Source: Squalus acanthias (lineage: Eukaryota). Taken from it: 64,000 nt of DNA. The notes beneath the pieces were generated by a model that worked only from the letters and a program-made list of their open reading frames with translations, was not told where the DNA came from and did no database searches. The translations under genes and the position numbers were made by a program. Numbering within the stretch: the stretch's first letter is position 1; each line of letters starts with the position of its first letter. Where the stretch lies: positions 372,001 through 436,000 of the forward strand of contig JASTWF010000350.1 in assembly GCA_030390025.1 (NCBI GenBank), read 5' to 3'. Shown one piece after another: positions 27,790 to 39,854 of this stretch.

Positions 27790-28272
27790 TAGTGGATGAC
27801 CAGGAGAAATGTGTTTCAACTGTTTAAGAGTAGGAGTCGACTGGATATTAGGCATTTCTTCATTCCACAGAAAATTGTGAGCCTCTGGTTGCGGCTGGTG
27901 CTGTGGGTGATGTCTCTGCACGCCTTCAAGAGGAGCTGGACGGTTTCCTGACTGGGGCAGAGATCGCATCATATAGAAGGTTAGTGTCTTTAAAGATACC
28001 ACTGGGACCATCTGATCTCCTGGACTGGCTTTGATTGCCTGAGGGGTTCGGGGAGTAATTTTACAGTGTATTTTTCTCTTTCTTGGTCCTGGATTTTTCT
28101 CTGTTTTTTTGCCTCTCCCAGGAGACTACATGGCTGCGGAGTGGTGGTGGTGGGGTGGGTCGATGGTGGGGTTAAAGGAAGAAGTGTTTACTCATGATGC
28201 CCTGGCCATCATGAGTGTGGGGCAGGCTTGATGGACCATCTGGTCTTTTCATGCCCGTCAATTTTGTATGTT
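27790..28272 (+). mobile_element. Old CR1-like 3' end relic
   Basis: Degenerate RSRLDIRHFF..QKIV.LW translation and a CR1-like 3'UTR ending tttgtatgtt. Confidence 0.5.
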
Positions 28273-28734
28273 GGTATTTTGCCCCTAATTTTTGTCCGAG
28301 GATGTGCTCTGAGCTCTGAAGCTGAGATCTCTCACACTGGCCTCCAGAACAGAAGTTCAAAGCCCAGATGTTAGTCACTAGCCAGAGATGAAATCAGCCC
28401 TCAGTTTGGAAGATGAAGACAAGTTACTCAGCGCACAGATACCAACGTCAGTGATCAGCAGAACATTCAAAACTGTGAGACCAGAATCTCTGTTGCCCTG
28501 CACATTCCTGCCCGCTCTAAAGCTCAGTGCACTGTGACACAAGACACAGATATGAAAGACTTTTAGTACAGCCTCAGTGTACTCCTACCCATTAAAACTA
28601 TCAAATTGGAGCCAGTCCCTGTAATTTCAAACACGCAAAACATGTAGGTTCTCATTCTCAGGGCTCAGCTTATCAAGCTCTGAGTTTAACCTCAAGTCAT
28701 GTATCAATAAAACCTGCTGACTCTCTTTTTAAAT

Positions 28735-28835
28735 AGAGTTCTGACACAAGGTCATTGACCTGAAATGTTAACCCTATGTTTCTCTCTCCACAGATGCTGC
28801 CTGAGCTGCTGAGTGTTTCCAGCATTTACTGTATT
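28735..28835 (+). mobile_element. Penelope-type terminal repeat fragment with decayed hammerhead motif
   Basis: agagttctgacacaaggtcattgacctgaaatgttaac...cacagatgctgcctgagctgctgag, homologous to the reverse complement of 54890-54987. Confidence 0.65.
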
Positions 28836-29020
28836 CCCTCCCTAAACCTCTCCGCTGCTCCACCTCTCTCTCCTCATTTAAGACGCTCCCTCTTTTGTCC
28901 TAATGTCTCCTTCTTTGGCTCGGGGACAGGTTTTGTCTGATTACGCTCCTGTGAAGCGCCTTGAAACGTTTCATTACGTTAAAGGCGCTGTATAAATGCA
29001 ACTTGTTGTTGTTGTTGTTT
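28836..29020 (+). mobile_element. L2 LINE 3' tail fragment
   Basis: ccctccctaaacctctccgc...gtgaagcgccttg...aaaggcgct..ataaatgcaa + (TTG)n, the same tail as 29505-30166. Confidence 0.75.
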
Positions 29021-29504
29021 TAGTTCAGGTTTTCAGCATCTGCAGTATTTTTCTTTTTTCTTCTTAAATAAGCTCATTCCTCCGTTGAACAAAAAAACTG
29101 CTCGTCTTTTTAAAATAGGCCTGTTGTAGAGCAGAAACACTCATATTATGGCCTCGAGAATGTTTGTAACAAGACGAAGCAAGGGAATAATATTTGGAGC
29201 TTTCTATTCCAGCTTCACCGGAGAGGAATTGAAAGGGCTCTGTATTAAAACAGGACAATTGGTCCAATGTTTTCTTGATCTGTCCCTGAGGGAAGTGCTT
29301 GGTTTTCACTTGGCCTCCTGTTGCATGATTGTAATCGGGCTTTCAGTGAGTGGGGCATCACTGGCTCAGAACCATGTCGCCTCACTCCATCATGTAGCAC
29401 ACTGCACCACTCCTGACGGTGGCTTTCCCCCAAAGGTTAGGAACACTTTGCTCATTACAGCGGTTTTACGATCTAGTCCATGGCAAAAAAATTTTTTTAA
29501 ATGA

Positions 29505-30166
29505 GCCCCATTCAGCCTATTTCCACCTCCATAACATCGCCCGTCTCCGCCCCTGCCTCAGCTCATCCGCTGCTGAAACCCTCACCCATGCCTTTGTTAC
29601 CTCTAGACTTGACTATTCCAACGCACTCCTGGCTGGCCTCCCACATTCCACCCTACGTAAACTTCAGGTCATCCAAAACTCGGCTGCCCATGTCCTAACT
29701 CGCACAAAGTCCTGTTCGCCCATCACCCCTGTGCTCGCTGACCTACATTAGCTCCCGGTTAAGCAACGCCTCGATTTCAAAATTCTCATCCTTGTTTCCA
29801 AATCCCTCCATGGCCTCGCCCCTCCCTATCTCTGTAATCTCCTTCAGCCCCACACCCACCCCCGAGATATCTGCGCTCCTCTAATTCTGCCCTCTTGAGC
29901 ATCCCTGATTATAATCGCTCAACCATTGGTGGCCGTGCCTTCTGTTGCCTAGGCCCTAAGCTCTGGAATTTCCTCCCTTTCCACCTCTCTTTCCTCCTTT
30001 AAGACGCTCTTTAAAACCTACCTCTTTGACCAAGCTTTTGTTCACCTGCCATAATTTCTCCGTATGTGGCTCGATGTCAAATCTTTTGTCTTACAACACA
30101 CCTGTGAAGCGCCTTGGAACGTTTTGCTACATTAAAGGTGCTATATAAAGACAAGTTGTTGTTGTT
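29505..30166 (+). mobile_element. L2 LINE 3' fragment
   Basis: AYFHLHNIARLRPCL...HAFVTSRLDYSNALLAGLP...LQVIQNSAA (L2 ORF2 C-terminus) followed by the 3'UTR and (TTG)n tail. Confidence 0.88.
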
Positions 30167-30249
30167 TATCAGGTCCATAATGATTGTCTGTTTAGGTGGA
30201 CATAGAAGAGTCCATGGCACGATTTGAAGACGAGCTGGGGAAGTAACTT

Positions 30250-30458
30250 GACAACATTCAGGTAGTGTATCTGGAATGCACCGCCTGAAAGGGTGGTGGA
30301 AGCAGATTCAGTCGTAACTTTGAAAAGGCAATTGGATAAATACTTGAAAAGGAGAAATTTTCAGGGCTATGGGGAAAGAATAAGGGAGTGGGACTAATTG
30401 GTTAGCTCTTTCAAAGAGCCGGCACAGGCAGGATGAGCTGTGCTGTGATTCTATGATT
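30250..30458 (+). mobile_element. CR1 3' end fragment
   Basis: tggaatgcaccgcctgaaagggtggtggaagcagattc...gggctatgggga...gtgattctatgatt tail. Confidence 0.65.
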
Positions 30459-30526
30459 TATCTCTCAATAAACAACAGATGAACTGGTCATTATCTCATT
30501 GCTGATGAAAGTGATGATGCTGGATT

Positions 30527-30625
30527 TGTGATGAAAGGTCATCGAGCTGAAACGTTAACTCTGTTCCTTTCTCCGCAGATGCTGCCTGACCTGCTGAGTA
30601 TTTCCAGCATTTTCTGTTTATATTT
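30527..30625 (+). mobile_element. Penelope-type terminal repeat fragment with hammerhead-like core, nested in a Deu-SINE remnant
   Basis: gtgatgaaaggtcatcgagctgaaacgttaactct...cagatgctgcctgacctgctgag; flanked on both sides by attatctcattgctg. Confidence 0.7.
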
Positions 30626-31227
30626 TTTATTATCTCATTGCTGTTTGTGGGACTTTGCTATGTGCAAATTGTCTGCTGCGCTTGCCTACTTAACAACAGT
30701 GCTCTTTGAAACTGACTCCCACACTGTGCTATGCTGCATTATCATCAGTGAGGTGCGAGGACTTCAGGAAATAGGGGAGACAAAAACAATTCACCAGGTC
30801 CAGAAAGGGCTTTGCCTCTAAAAATCCCTTACCCCAAAACACCACTGTGGAAGGTTACAGAGTAACAAAATGGGGAAAAACGATTTTGAAGAACCTGGTT
30901 CCTTCAGAACAACTCCCGTCAGGCATTGACCCTCGAATGAAAATGCTGGTTTACCCCAAATCAAGCGAGAGCTGGATAGCAAAAACTGGTGGCAATATGA
31001 CCAAGTGAAACCCGAGAAACAACCCCAGGTGTGAATCTGTAAGTTGTAGCTCAGTGGGTAGCACTCATTTCAAAAGGAATGCCTAACCTGCTGCGGGGCT
31101 GTCGCACATCGCCGGGAAACTCGAATGTTAGGTGGTGAAAACAAAATAAAAGTCTAAATTAGAGTGCAATGCAAGAAAAATGCTCAAACAAATCAAACAA
31201 AAGGAACTCCGAAAGACCGAAACAATT

Positions 31228-31690
31228 TCCCTGTGCTCGCTGAGCTACATTGACTCCCGGTTAAGCAATGCTGCGATTTTAAAATTCTCATCCTTGTTTT
31301 CAAAGCCCTCCATGGCCTCGCCCCTCCCTATCTCTGTAACCTCCTCAAGCCCTACAACCCCCCCCCGAGATATCTGCACTCCTCCAATTCTGGCCTCTTG
31401 AACATCCCTGATTTTAATCGCTCCACCATCGGCGGCCGTGCCTTCAGCTGCTGAGGCTCTAAGCTCTGGAACTCCCTCCCTAAACCTCTCCGCCTCTCGA
31501 CCGCTCTCTCCTCCTTTAATTCGCTCCTTAAAACCTACCTCTTTGGGCAAGCTTTTGGTCATCTGCCCTAATATCTCCTTATGTGGCTTGGTGTCAAATT
31601 TTGTTTTATTACGCTCCTGTGAAGCGCCTTTTGACATTTTACTATGTTAAAGGCGCTATATAAATACAAGTTGTTGATTTTGTTGTTGCA
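31228..31690 (+). mobile_element. L2 LINE 3' fragment
   Basis: Homologous to 29727-30166. Confidence 0.85.
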
Positions 31691-32269
31691 CAGACAAATT
31701 TACAAACAACAGGAAGTGTTCTCCATTGCCTGTGTGCTTGCTGCCGACTTCTGTGCATCTCCTGACTAAGGTCCAACTCCAGCTCCCAGCCCAAACCTGA
31801 CAACAATTGGGGCTGGGAGACATGCCCCAGATTTGCATACTTTTTTGGCCCTTTAATTAGGCTTGTGCAGTGAAGCAATGCAACCCACTGGTTCCTGCAA
31901 CCCAAACCCCGGCCGGTGTGTCAGCAGTGCCTTGACATTGCAAGGCCCCTGCTCCCAAATTTCTGCCCACCCTGTGCCTGCACGGACCTGCGCCACTGAT
32001 GTACGAGAGGAGAAGTTTCAGTCCTTAAACTGCCAACTCCTGGATACAGAGTAAACCTCCCCTTAATCTGCCTATTTAAAAATCTCCCAAGTTAGGTAGA
32101 GCACAAAGGACATACACAGCAAAGTTGCCAAACTCTTCAATTCTGGGTAATAGCACAGGCACTCTGACAGAACACAAGGTTATGTGATGAGGGAAACAGA
32201 AGAAGCAACTGGCGCAGTAGGGCTGCTCTGTGAGGCTGGCATCAAGCATATTTTTGGGGGAGATTTCTG

Positions 32270-34168
32270 CATCTACCCCATGCTGTACCTGCCCCTGGGA
32301 GTGTTTGATGGGATAGTGTAGAGGGAGCTTTACTCTGTATCTAACCCGTGCTGACCTGCCCTGGGAGTGTTTGATGGGACAGTGTAGAGGGAGCTTTACT
32401 CTGTATCTAACCCGTGCTGTACCTGCCCTGGGAGTGTTTGATGGGACAGTGTAGAGGGAGCTTTACTCTGTATCTAACCCGTGCTGTACCTGCCCTGGGA
32501 GTGTTTGATGGGACAGTGTAGAGGGAGCTTTACTCTGTATCTAACCCGTGCTGTACCTGCCCTGGGAGTGTTTGATGGGACAGTGTAGAGGGAGCTTTAC
32601 TCTGTATCTAACCCGTGCTGTACCTGCCCTGGGAGTGTTTGATGGGACAGTGTAGAGGGAGCTTTACTCTGTATCTAACCCGTGCTGTACCTGCCCTGGG
32701 AGTGTTTGATGGGACAGTGTAGAGGGAGCTTTACTCTGTATCTAACCCGTGCTGGACCTGCCCTGGGAGTGTTTGATGGGACAGTGTAGAGGGAGCTTTA
32801 CTCTGCATCTACCCCATGCTGTACCTGCCCTGGGAGTGTTTGATGGGACAGTGTAGAGGGAGCTTTACTCTGCATCTACCCCATGCTGTACCTGCCCTGG
32901 GAGTGTTTGATGGGACAGTGTAGAGGGAGCTTTACTCTGTATCTAACCCGTGCTGTACCTGCCCTGGGAGTGTTTGATGGGACAGTGTAGAGGGAGCTTT
33001 ACTCTGTATCTAACCCGTGCTGTACCTGCCCTGGGAGTGTTTGATGGGACAGTGTAGAGGGAGCTTTACTCTGTATCTAACCCGTGCTGTACCTGCCCTG
33101 GGAGTGTTTGCTGGGACAGTGTAGAGGGAGCTTTACTCTGTATCTAACCCGTGCTTTATCTGCCCCGGGAGTGTTTGATGGGACAGTGTAGAGGGAGCTT
33201 TACTCTGTATCTAACCCGTGCTTTATCTGCCCCGGGAGTGTTTGATGGGACAGTGTAGAGGGAGCTTTACTCTGTATCTAACCCATGCTGTACCTGCCCT
33301 GGGAGTGTTTCATGGGATAGTGTAGAGGGAGCTTTACTCTGTATCTAACCCGTGCTGTACCTGCCCTGGGAGTGTTTGATGGGACAGTGTAGAGGGAGCT
33401 TTACTCTGTATCTAACCCGTGCTGTACCTGCCCTGGGAGTGTTTGATGGGACAGTGTAGAGGGAGCTTTACTCTGCATCTACCCCATGCTGTACCTGCCC
33501 TGGGAGTGTTTGATGGGACAGTGTAGAGGGAGCTTTACTCTGCATCTACCCCATGCTGTACCTGCCCTGGGAGTGTTTGATGGGACAGTGTAGAGGGAGC
33601 TTTACTCTGTATCTAACCCGTGCTGTACCTGCCCTGGGAGTGTTTGATGGGACAGTGTAGAGGGAGCTTTACTCTGTATCTAACCCGTGCTGTACCTGCC
33701 CTGGGAGTGTTTGATGGGACAGTGTAGAGGGAGCTTTACTCTGTATCTAACCCGTGCTGTACCTGCCCTGGGAGTGTTTGCTGGGACAGTGTAGAGGGAG
33801 CTTTACTCTGTATCTAACCCGTGCTTTATCTGCCCCGGGAGTGTTTGATGGGACAGTGTAGAGGGAGCTTTACTCTGTATCTAACCCGTGCTTTATCTGC
33901 CCCGGGAGTGTTTGATGGGACAGTGTAGAGGGAGCTTTACTCTGTATCTAACCCATGCTGTACCTGCCCTGGGAGTGTTTCATGGGACAGTGTAGAGGGA
34001 GCTTTACTCTGTATCTAACCCGTGCTGTACCTGCCCTGGGAGTGTTTCATGGGACAGTGTAGAGGGAGCTTTACTCTGTATCTAACCAGTGCTGTACCTG
34101 CCCTGGGAGTGTTTGATGGGACAGTGTAGAGGGAGCTTTACTCTGTATCTAACCCGTGCTGTACCTGC
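32270..34168. repeat. 67-bp minisatellite, about 28 units
   Basis: Unit CTGCCCTGGGAGTGTTTGATGGGACAGTGTAGAGGGAGCTTTACTCTGTATCTAACCCGTGCTGTAC repeated head-to-tail. Confidence 0.97.
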
Positions 34169-35286
34169 CGGGAAAGGATCGTACTGCAAAAAAACGATGA
34201 TTTTTTTAAACACAAGATGCAGTTTTCAAAAAGGATCAGAGTGCAAGGTTAAGAAATGCAATAGGACTGCATTAAAATGATCTGGAGGTGGGAATGAGAG
34301 AGAGGGAGAGGGAGAGAGAGAGAGGAAAGGAGCTGCAAAGTGTGTGCGTAGGTGAGAGAGAAAGAGAGAGAAGCCCATTGCATTTCACTGGCAGCCACTG
34401 TAACTGCATGTTTTTTCTACAGAGAGATGGGGGGGAAAGGAGAGAGATTTAAATTATTAAGGTGCATCGGATTGATGTGCGTTTCCTCCTGAGCTGCTTT
34501 TAACATATATCAGCACCATCGCATTTATATTACAACACCATCGTGGCCTGAAGACAGTCACCACAAAAAAAAGAGGCTCGATCCGAAGCTAACCATCAAG
34601 CAAAAAAACACCAGCACGGGTTGGGGTGAGGTCACTGCTGATGTCGTCTGCTCTTCACTCATGATGCTGACTTGCAGTAAGGAAGGGAAACACTGCTGTA
34701 CAAATGGACAGGGCTAACTCAGCACAAGAACATTTTCTGTTGACCAGGCTTAACCAAAGGGGCAATTAAAATCACCGGTGGACTGCCTGAGTGACTGAGG
34801 CACTGAGCAGCTGGGTGAATGACCCTTGGCCACACCTGCTTTGAACTGACGAATATCACGATCCATTCGAGCTGCTTTATGATGACTCCCTCTCTGAAGA
34901 AGTTTCACACCAATAGACACACTTGCAGAAGTCTGTTCAAATGAGCTCAATTCTATTTTCCCAACTTTCTCGCCTCCCAGTTGTATCGCTGGTTTCAGTA
35001 GCACTGGTCACCCTTCAGTATAGGTCTTCATGTTTGCTACTAAAAGGTGAGTGTCATCAGGCTATTCAACCGTGGAAGGCATCACGACTGTGACCTCCAA
35101 TTCCAGCTTCAGCTAACGCCCATTTATGTGACTTCGAGCGGAGGTCACTGAATACCAATAAAGATTGGGAACCCTGGCCTTACCAATGGGCTGAGGCCAA
35201 CTGTCACCCAGCTGAGATCAGCTAACTTGGCATTAATCAAGAATCAAACTTGGTACGTATGGCAGAGAGCTACGCTGAGTGATAAC

Positions 35287-37157
35287 GTTACCGGCTGGAA
35301 TCTAATCGAAGGGGTCGGGAGGTTTATATAAAGAATAACGGATACCTGGGAGTGAGTTACAGGCTGGAATCTAATTGAGGGGTTCGGGGGGTTTATATAA
35401 AGAATAACGGATACCTGGGAGTGAGTTACCGGCTGGAATCTAATCGAAGGGGTCGGGAGGTTTATATAAAGAATAACGGATACCTGGGAGTGAGTTACCG
35501 GCTGGAATCTAATTGAGGGGTTCGGGGGGTTTATATAAAGAATAACGGATACCTGGGAGTGAGTTACCGGCTGGAATCTAATCGAAGGGGTCGGGAGGTT
35601 TATATAAAGAATAACGGATACCTGGGAGTGAGTTACCGGCTGAAATCTAATTGAGGGGTTCGGGGGGTTTATATATAGAATAACAGATACCCGGGAGTGA
35701 GTTACAGGCTGGAATCTAATCGAGGTGTTCGGGGGGGGTTTATATATAGAATAACAGATACCTGGGAGTGAGTTACAGGCTGGAATTTAATTGAGGTGTT
35801 CGAGTGCTTTTTATACAGAATAACAGATACCCGGGAGTGAGTTACAGGCTGGAATCTAATCGAGTGGTTCGGGGGGTTTATATATAGAATAACAGATACC
35901 CGGGAGTGAGTTACCGGCTGGAATCTAATCGAGGGGTTCGGGGGGTTTATATATAGAATAGCAGATACCCGGGAGTGAATTACAGGCTGGAATCTAATCG
36001 AGGGGTTCGGGTGGTTTATATATAGAATAACAGATACCCGGGAGTGAGTTACAGGCTGGAATCTAATTGAGGGGTTTCGGGGGTTTATATATAGAATAAC
36101 AGATACCCGGGAGTGAGTTACAGGCTGGAATCTAATCGAGGGGTTTGGGGGGTTTATGTATCGAATAACAGATACCCGGGAGTGAGTTACAGGCTGGAAT
36201 CTAATCGAGGGGTTCGGGGGGTTTATGTATCGAATAACAGATACCCGGGAGTGAGTTACAGGCTGGAATCTAATCGAGGGGTTCGGGTGGTTTATATATA
36301 GAATAACAGATACCCGGGAGTGAGTTACAGGCTGGAATCTAATCGAGGGGTTCGGGGGGTTTATATATAGAATAACAGATACCCGGGAGTGAGTTACAGG
36401 CTGGAATCTAATCGAGGGGTTCGGGTGGTTTATATATAGGATAACAGATACCCGGGAGTGAGTTACAGCCTGGAATCTAATCGAGGGGTTCGGGTGGTTT
36501 ATATATAGGATAACAGATACCCGGGAGTGAGTTACAGGCTGGAATCTAATTGAGGGGTTTGGGGGGGGGTTTATATATAGAATAACAGATACCCAGGAGT
36601 GAGTTACAGGCTGGAATCTAATCGAGGGGTTCGGGGGGTTTATATATAGAATAACAGATACCCGGGAGTGAGTTACAGGCTGGAATCTAATCGAGGGGTT
36701 CGGGGGGTTTATATATAGGATAACAGATACCCGGGAGTGAGTTACAGCCTGGAATCTAATCGAGGGGTTCGGGTGGTTTATATATAGGATAACAGATACC
36801 CGGGAGTGAGTTACAGGCTGGAATCTAATCGAGGGGTTCGGGGGGTTTATGTATAGAATAACAGATACCCGGGAGTGAGTTACAGGCTGGAATCTAATCG
36901 AGGGGTTCGGGGGGTTTATGTATAGAATAACAGATACCCGGGAGTGAGTTACAGGCTGGAATCTAATCGAGGGGTTCGGGGGGTTTATGTATAGAATAAC
37001 AGATACCCGGGAGTGAGTTACAGGCTGGAATCTAATTGAGGGGTTTGCGGGGGGGTTTATATATAGAATAACAGATACCCGGGAGTGAGTTACAGGCTGG
37101 AATCTAATCGAGGGGTTCGGGTGGTTTATATATAGAATAACAGATACCCGGGAGTGT
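35287..37157. repeat. 69-bp minisatellite, about 27 units
   Basis: Unit GATACCCGGGAGTGAGTTACAGGCTGGAATCTAATCGAGGGGTTCGGGGGGTTTATATATAGAATAACA repeated head-to-tail. Confidence 0.97.
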
Positions 37158-37159
37158 GA

Positions 37160-37645
37160 CGCCGGCAAGGCTGCCCATTCATAGTTTCCTGGAGTAGGTG
37201 ATCGTGGGTTTTCTCGTTGAACCGCTGCAATCCTGATGTAATGGTGCTCCCACTGTGGTGTTGGGATTCTGACCCGGCAACAATTGGAAAAACCCGATCT
37301 GTGTCCAAGACAGGATGGTGCGGGCCTTGGAGGCGGTGCTCTTTCTATGATATCGCTGCCGTTGTCCTTCGCGGTGGGATCTCATAGGGGAGAGAGGTCC
37401 TATCAAGTTAAGCTTGGCGAGTTGTTGCAGTGCATCCTGTAGCTTATACACACTGCAGCCACGGGGCGTCAGTGGTGGAGGCGTGTATGTTGAGTCCAGT
37501 GTCTGGTGCCAATCAAGCAGAACACTCTGCCCTGGATGGTGTTGAGCTTCTTGAGTGTTGTGGCAAAAGCATTCATACAGGCAAATGGAGAATATTCCAT
37601 CACATTCCTGACTTGATTCTTGTAAATGGTGGAGTGACTTTCAGC
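37160..37645 (-). mobile_element. Degenerate non-LTR LINE 3' fragment (CR1/L2 supergroup)
   Basis: TIYKNQVRNVMEYSPFACMNAFATTLKKLNTIQ resembles a LINE ORF2 C-terminus; the 3' part is homologous to 58326-58688. Confidence 0.7.
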
Positions 37646-38237
37646 GACACGCCCCGTTCTCATTGGGTGAAGGCAGGGGCGGGGCGGGGGAAGTTAAAAT
37701 CCGGGCTTTAATCTCTGCCACTCAACCATGTCACCATGTCGCCTTTAAGATCACGGGCCTTAATTTTTACAAGTCTCCTGAGTGGCACTTTGCCGAATGC
37801 TCTTTGGAAGTCCAAATATACTCGTGCATGGTATTGCCACTTGATAATTCCTTCAACATAAATAAGGCATTTTTATCTGTGATAGATTATTTGTTGCATT
37901 CTTTCCTGCTGGGTACACAGGATTTACAGTAGGTTCCATCAGAGGATAGAATGTACATTACAGTTTGGGATGCAAAAGAGTCACTTCCTAAAAGACACTT
38001 CTTAACACCTTTCTGCCTAAGCGTCATTGGACTGAATATGGTTATCTTGACACCTGGGTCAGGTACAGATAGGCAGGCCGAGAGATGTAAGTGGGAGCAG
38101 GATTTGTGTGGACAAACATCCAATGGAACTGACAACCTGTGAATGTCTGACCACATAAGGAGAGATATATTTATAATGTTGTTTGTTTCGATAGAGCTTG
38201 AAAGGAGTTTGAATGATCGATCTGAATCTAGCAAAAA

Positions 38238-38648
38238 GAAAGACGTCCCAAAGCGCTTTACAGCCACTTTTGAAGTGTAGTCACTGCTGTAATGTAGGAA
38301 ACGGAGCAGCCAATTTGCGCATAGCAAGATCCCAAACAGCAATGTGAGAATGACCAGATCATTTGTTTTTTGGTGATGTTGGTTGAGGGATAAATATTGG
38401 CCAAGACACCGGGTAGAACTCCCCTGCTCTTCTTCAAAATAGCACCATGGGATCATTTACATTCACCTGAAAGGGCAGACATCTTTAACATCTCATCCAA
38501 AAGACGGCACCTCTGATAGTGGAGCACTCCCTCAGTACTGCACTGGAGTCTCAGTCTATAGTTTGTGCTCTAGTCTCTGGAGTGGAACTTGAACCCACAA
38601 CCTTCTGACTCAGAGTGCAAGAGTGCTGCCCACTGAGCCACGGCTGAC
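38238..38648 (-). mobile_element. tRNA-derived Deu-domain SINE (SacSINE1-like)
   Basis: Minus strand: gtggctcagtggg (A box)...gggttcaagttcc (B box)...gatcccatggtgctattttgaagaagagcaggggagtt (Deu-like core)...L2-like tail. Confidence 0.8.
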
Positions 38649-39027
38649 ACTGCGGGGATACAGGGCTATTCAACGGCTCCACAATCACATTGAGCAACCT
38701 AAGAATTGAATGATTCTGTTTCAAGGATCAATTTTTTAGAGAGGGTTAGCAAAGGAGGAGTACTGTTGTTTTGCATTTCAGATAGATTAGTAAGATTTAT
38801 AATTACTGTAACTATCTTGTTGGTGTAAGCACCATTCATTTACTTGGTTAACGTTAAATATTTTTGCCTATTGACTCATGCCTAGGCTTTTGGCTTGTAC
38901 TCTGACAGATCATATATTCTTTTATCTTCTGAAGTTGAGAAGATCACATGGCGGCACTTGATGTATTCCAGGAAGCCAGAATACAGTAGTAAGGATTCTC
39001 TGTTCAACTGCTGAGTCTCGCTATCGA

Positions 39028-39414
39028 GAAAGAAAAGAAAGACTTGCATTTCCATGACTTCAGGACGTCCCAAAGTGCTTTACAACCAATGAGGTACTTT
39101 TGAAGTTTCACTGTTGTAATGTAGGAAACGCGGCAGCCAATTTGCGCACAGCAAGGTCCCACAAACAGCAATGTGATAATGACCAGATAATCTGTTTTAG
39201 TGATGTTGGTTGAGGGACAAATATTGGCCAGGACACCTGGGAGAACACCCCTGCTCTTCTTCAAATAGTGCCATGGAATCTTTTACATCTGCCCGAGAGG
39301 ACAGACTCGGTTTCCCGTCTCATCTGAAAAACGCCACCTCCGACAGTGCAGGATTCCCTCAGTACTGAACTGGGAGTGTCAGCCTGGATTATGTGCTCAA
39401 ATCTCTGGTGTGGG

Positions 39415-39445
<31 letters not shown>

Positions 39446-39470
39446 TGAGAGTGCGCCCACTGAGCCATGG
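39028..39470 (-). mobile_element. Deu-domain SINE (SacSINE1-like)
   Basis: Homologous to 38238-38648 and 59211-59678. Confidence 0.8.
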
Positions 39471-39669
39471 CAAACAAAGGCACACTCTGGCCTATAGCAG
39501 ACGTGAGGTCTGGCCAGGAGAGTAGCCAGCGTAAAAAAACTCGAAACATAACAATCACTTGAAGATTAAATTAGTCGAGCATTATCTGGCCTTTACAAAT
39601 CACCATTGATTGACCCCGATTAGCCCTCTTTATTAATGTTATCTCTTATTATGCTCTCTAATAAAATAT

Positions 39670-39854
39670 CAGTTGTGGCTCAGTGGGTAGCACACTCTCC
39701 TCTGCGTCAGAAAAGTTGTAGGTTCAAGTCCCACGCCAGGGACTTGAGCACATAAAGCTAGGCTATCTTTCAGAGGCGATGTTAAACCGAGACCCCATCT
39801 GTTCTCTCAGGTGGATGCAAGAGATCCCATGGCACTATTTGAAGCAAGAGCAGC
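39670..39854 (+). mobile_element. Deu-domain SINE, 5' half (split by the provirus)
   Basis: gtggctcagtgggtagc...ggttcaagtccc...gatcccatggcactatttgaagcaagagcagc; continues at 52721. Confidence 0.85.

Noticed and set aside
38882..39073. Short unique ORFs as possible host exons (also 34750-35004, 30850-31030, 54284-54640)
   Set aside because: No recognisable protein similarity or consistent splice-site pairing; small exons cannot be excluded without RNA or homology data.
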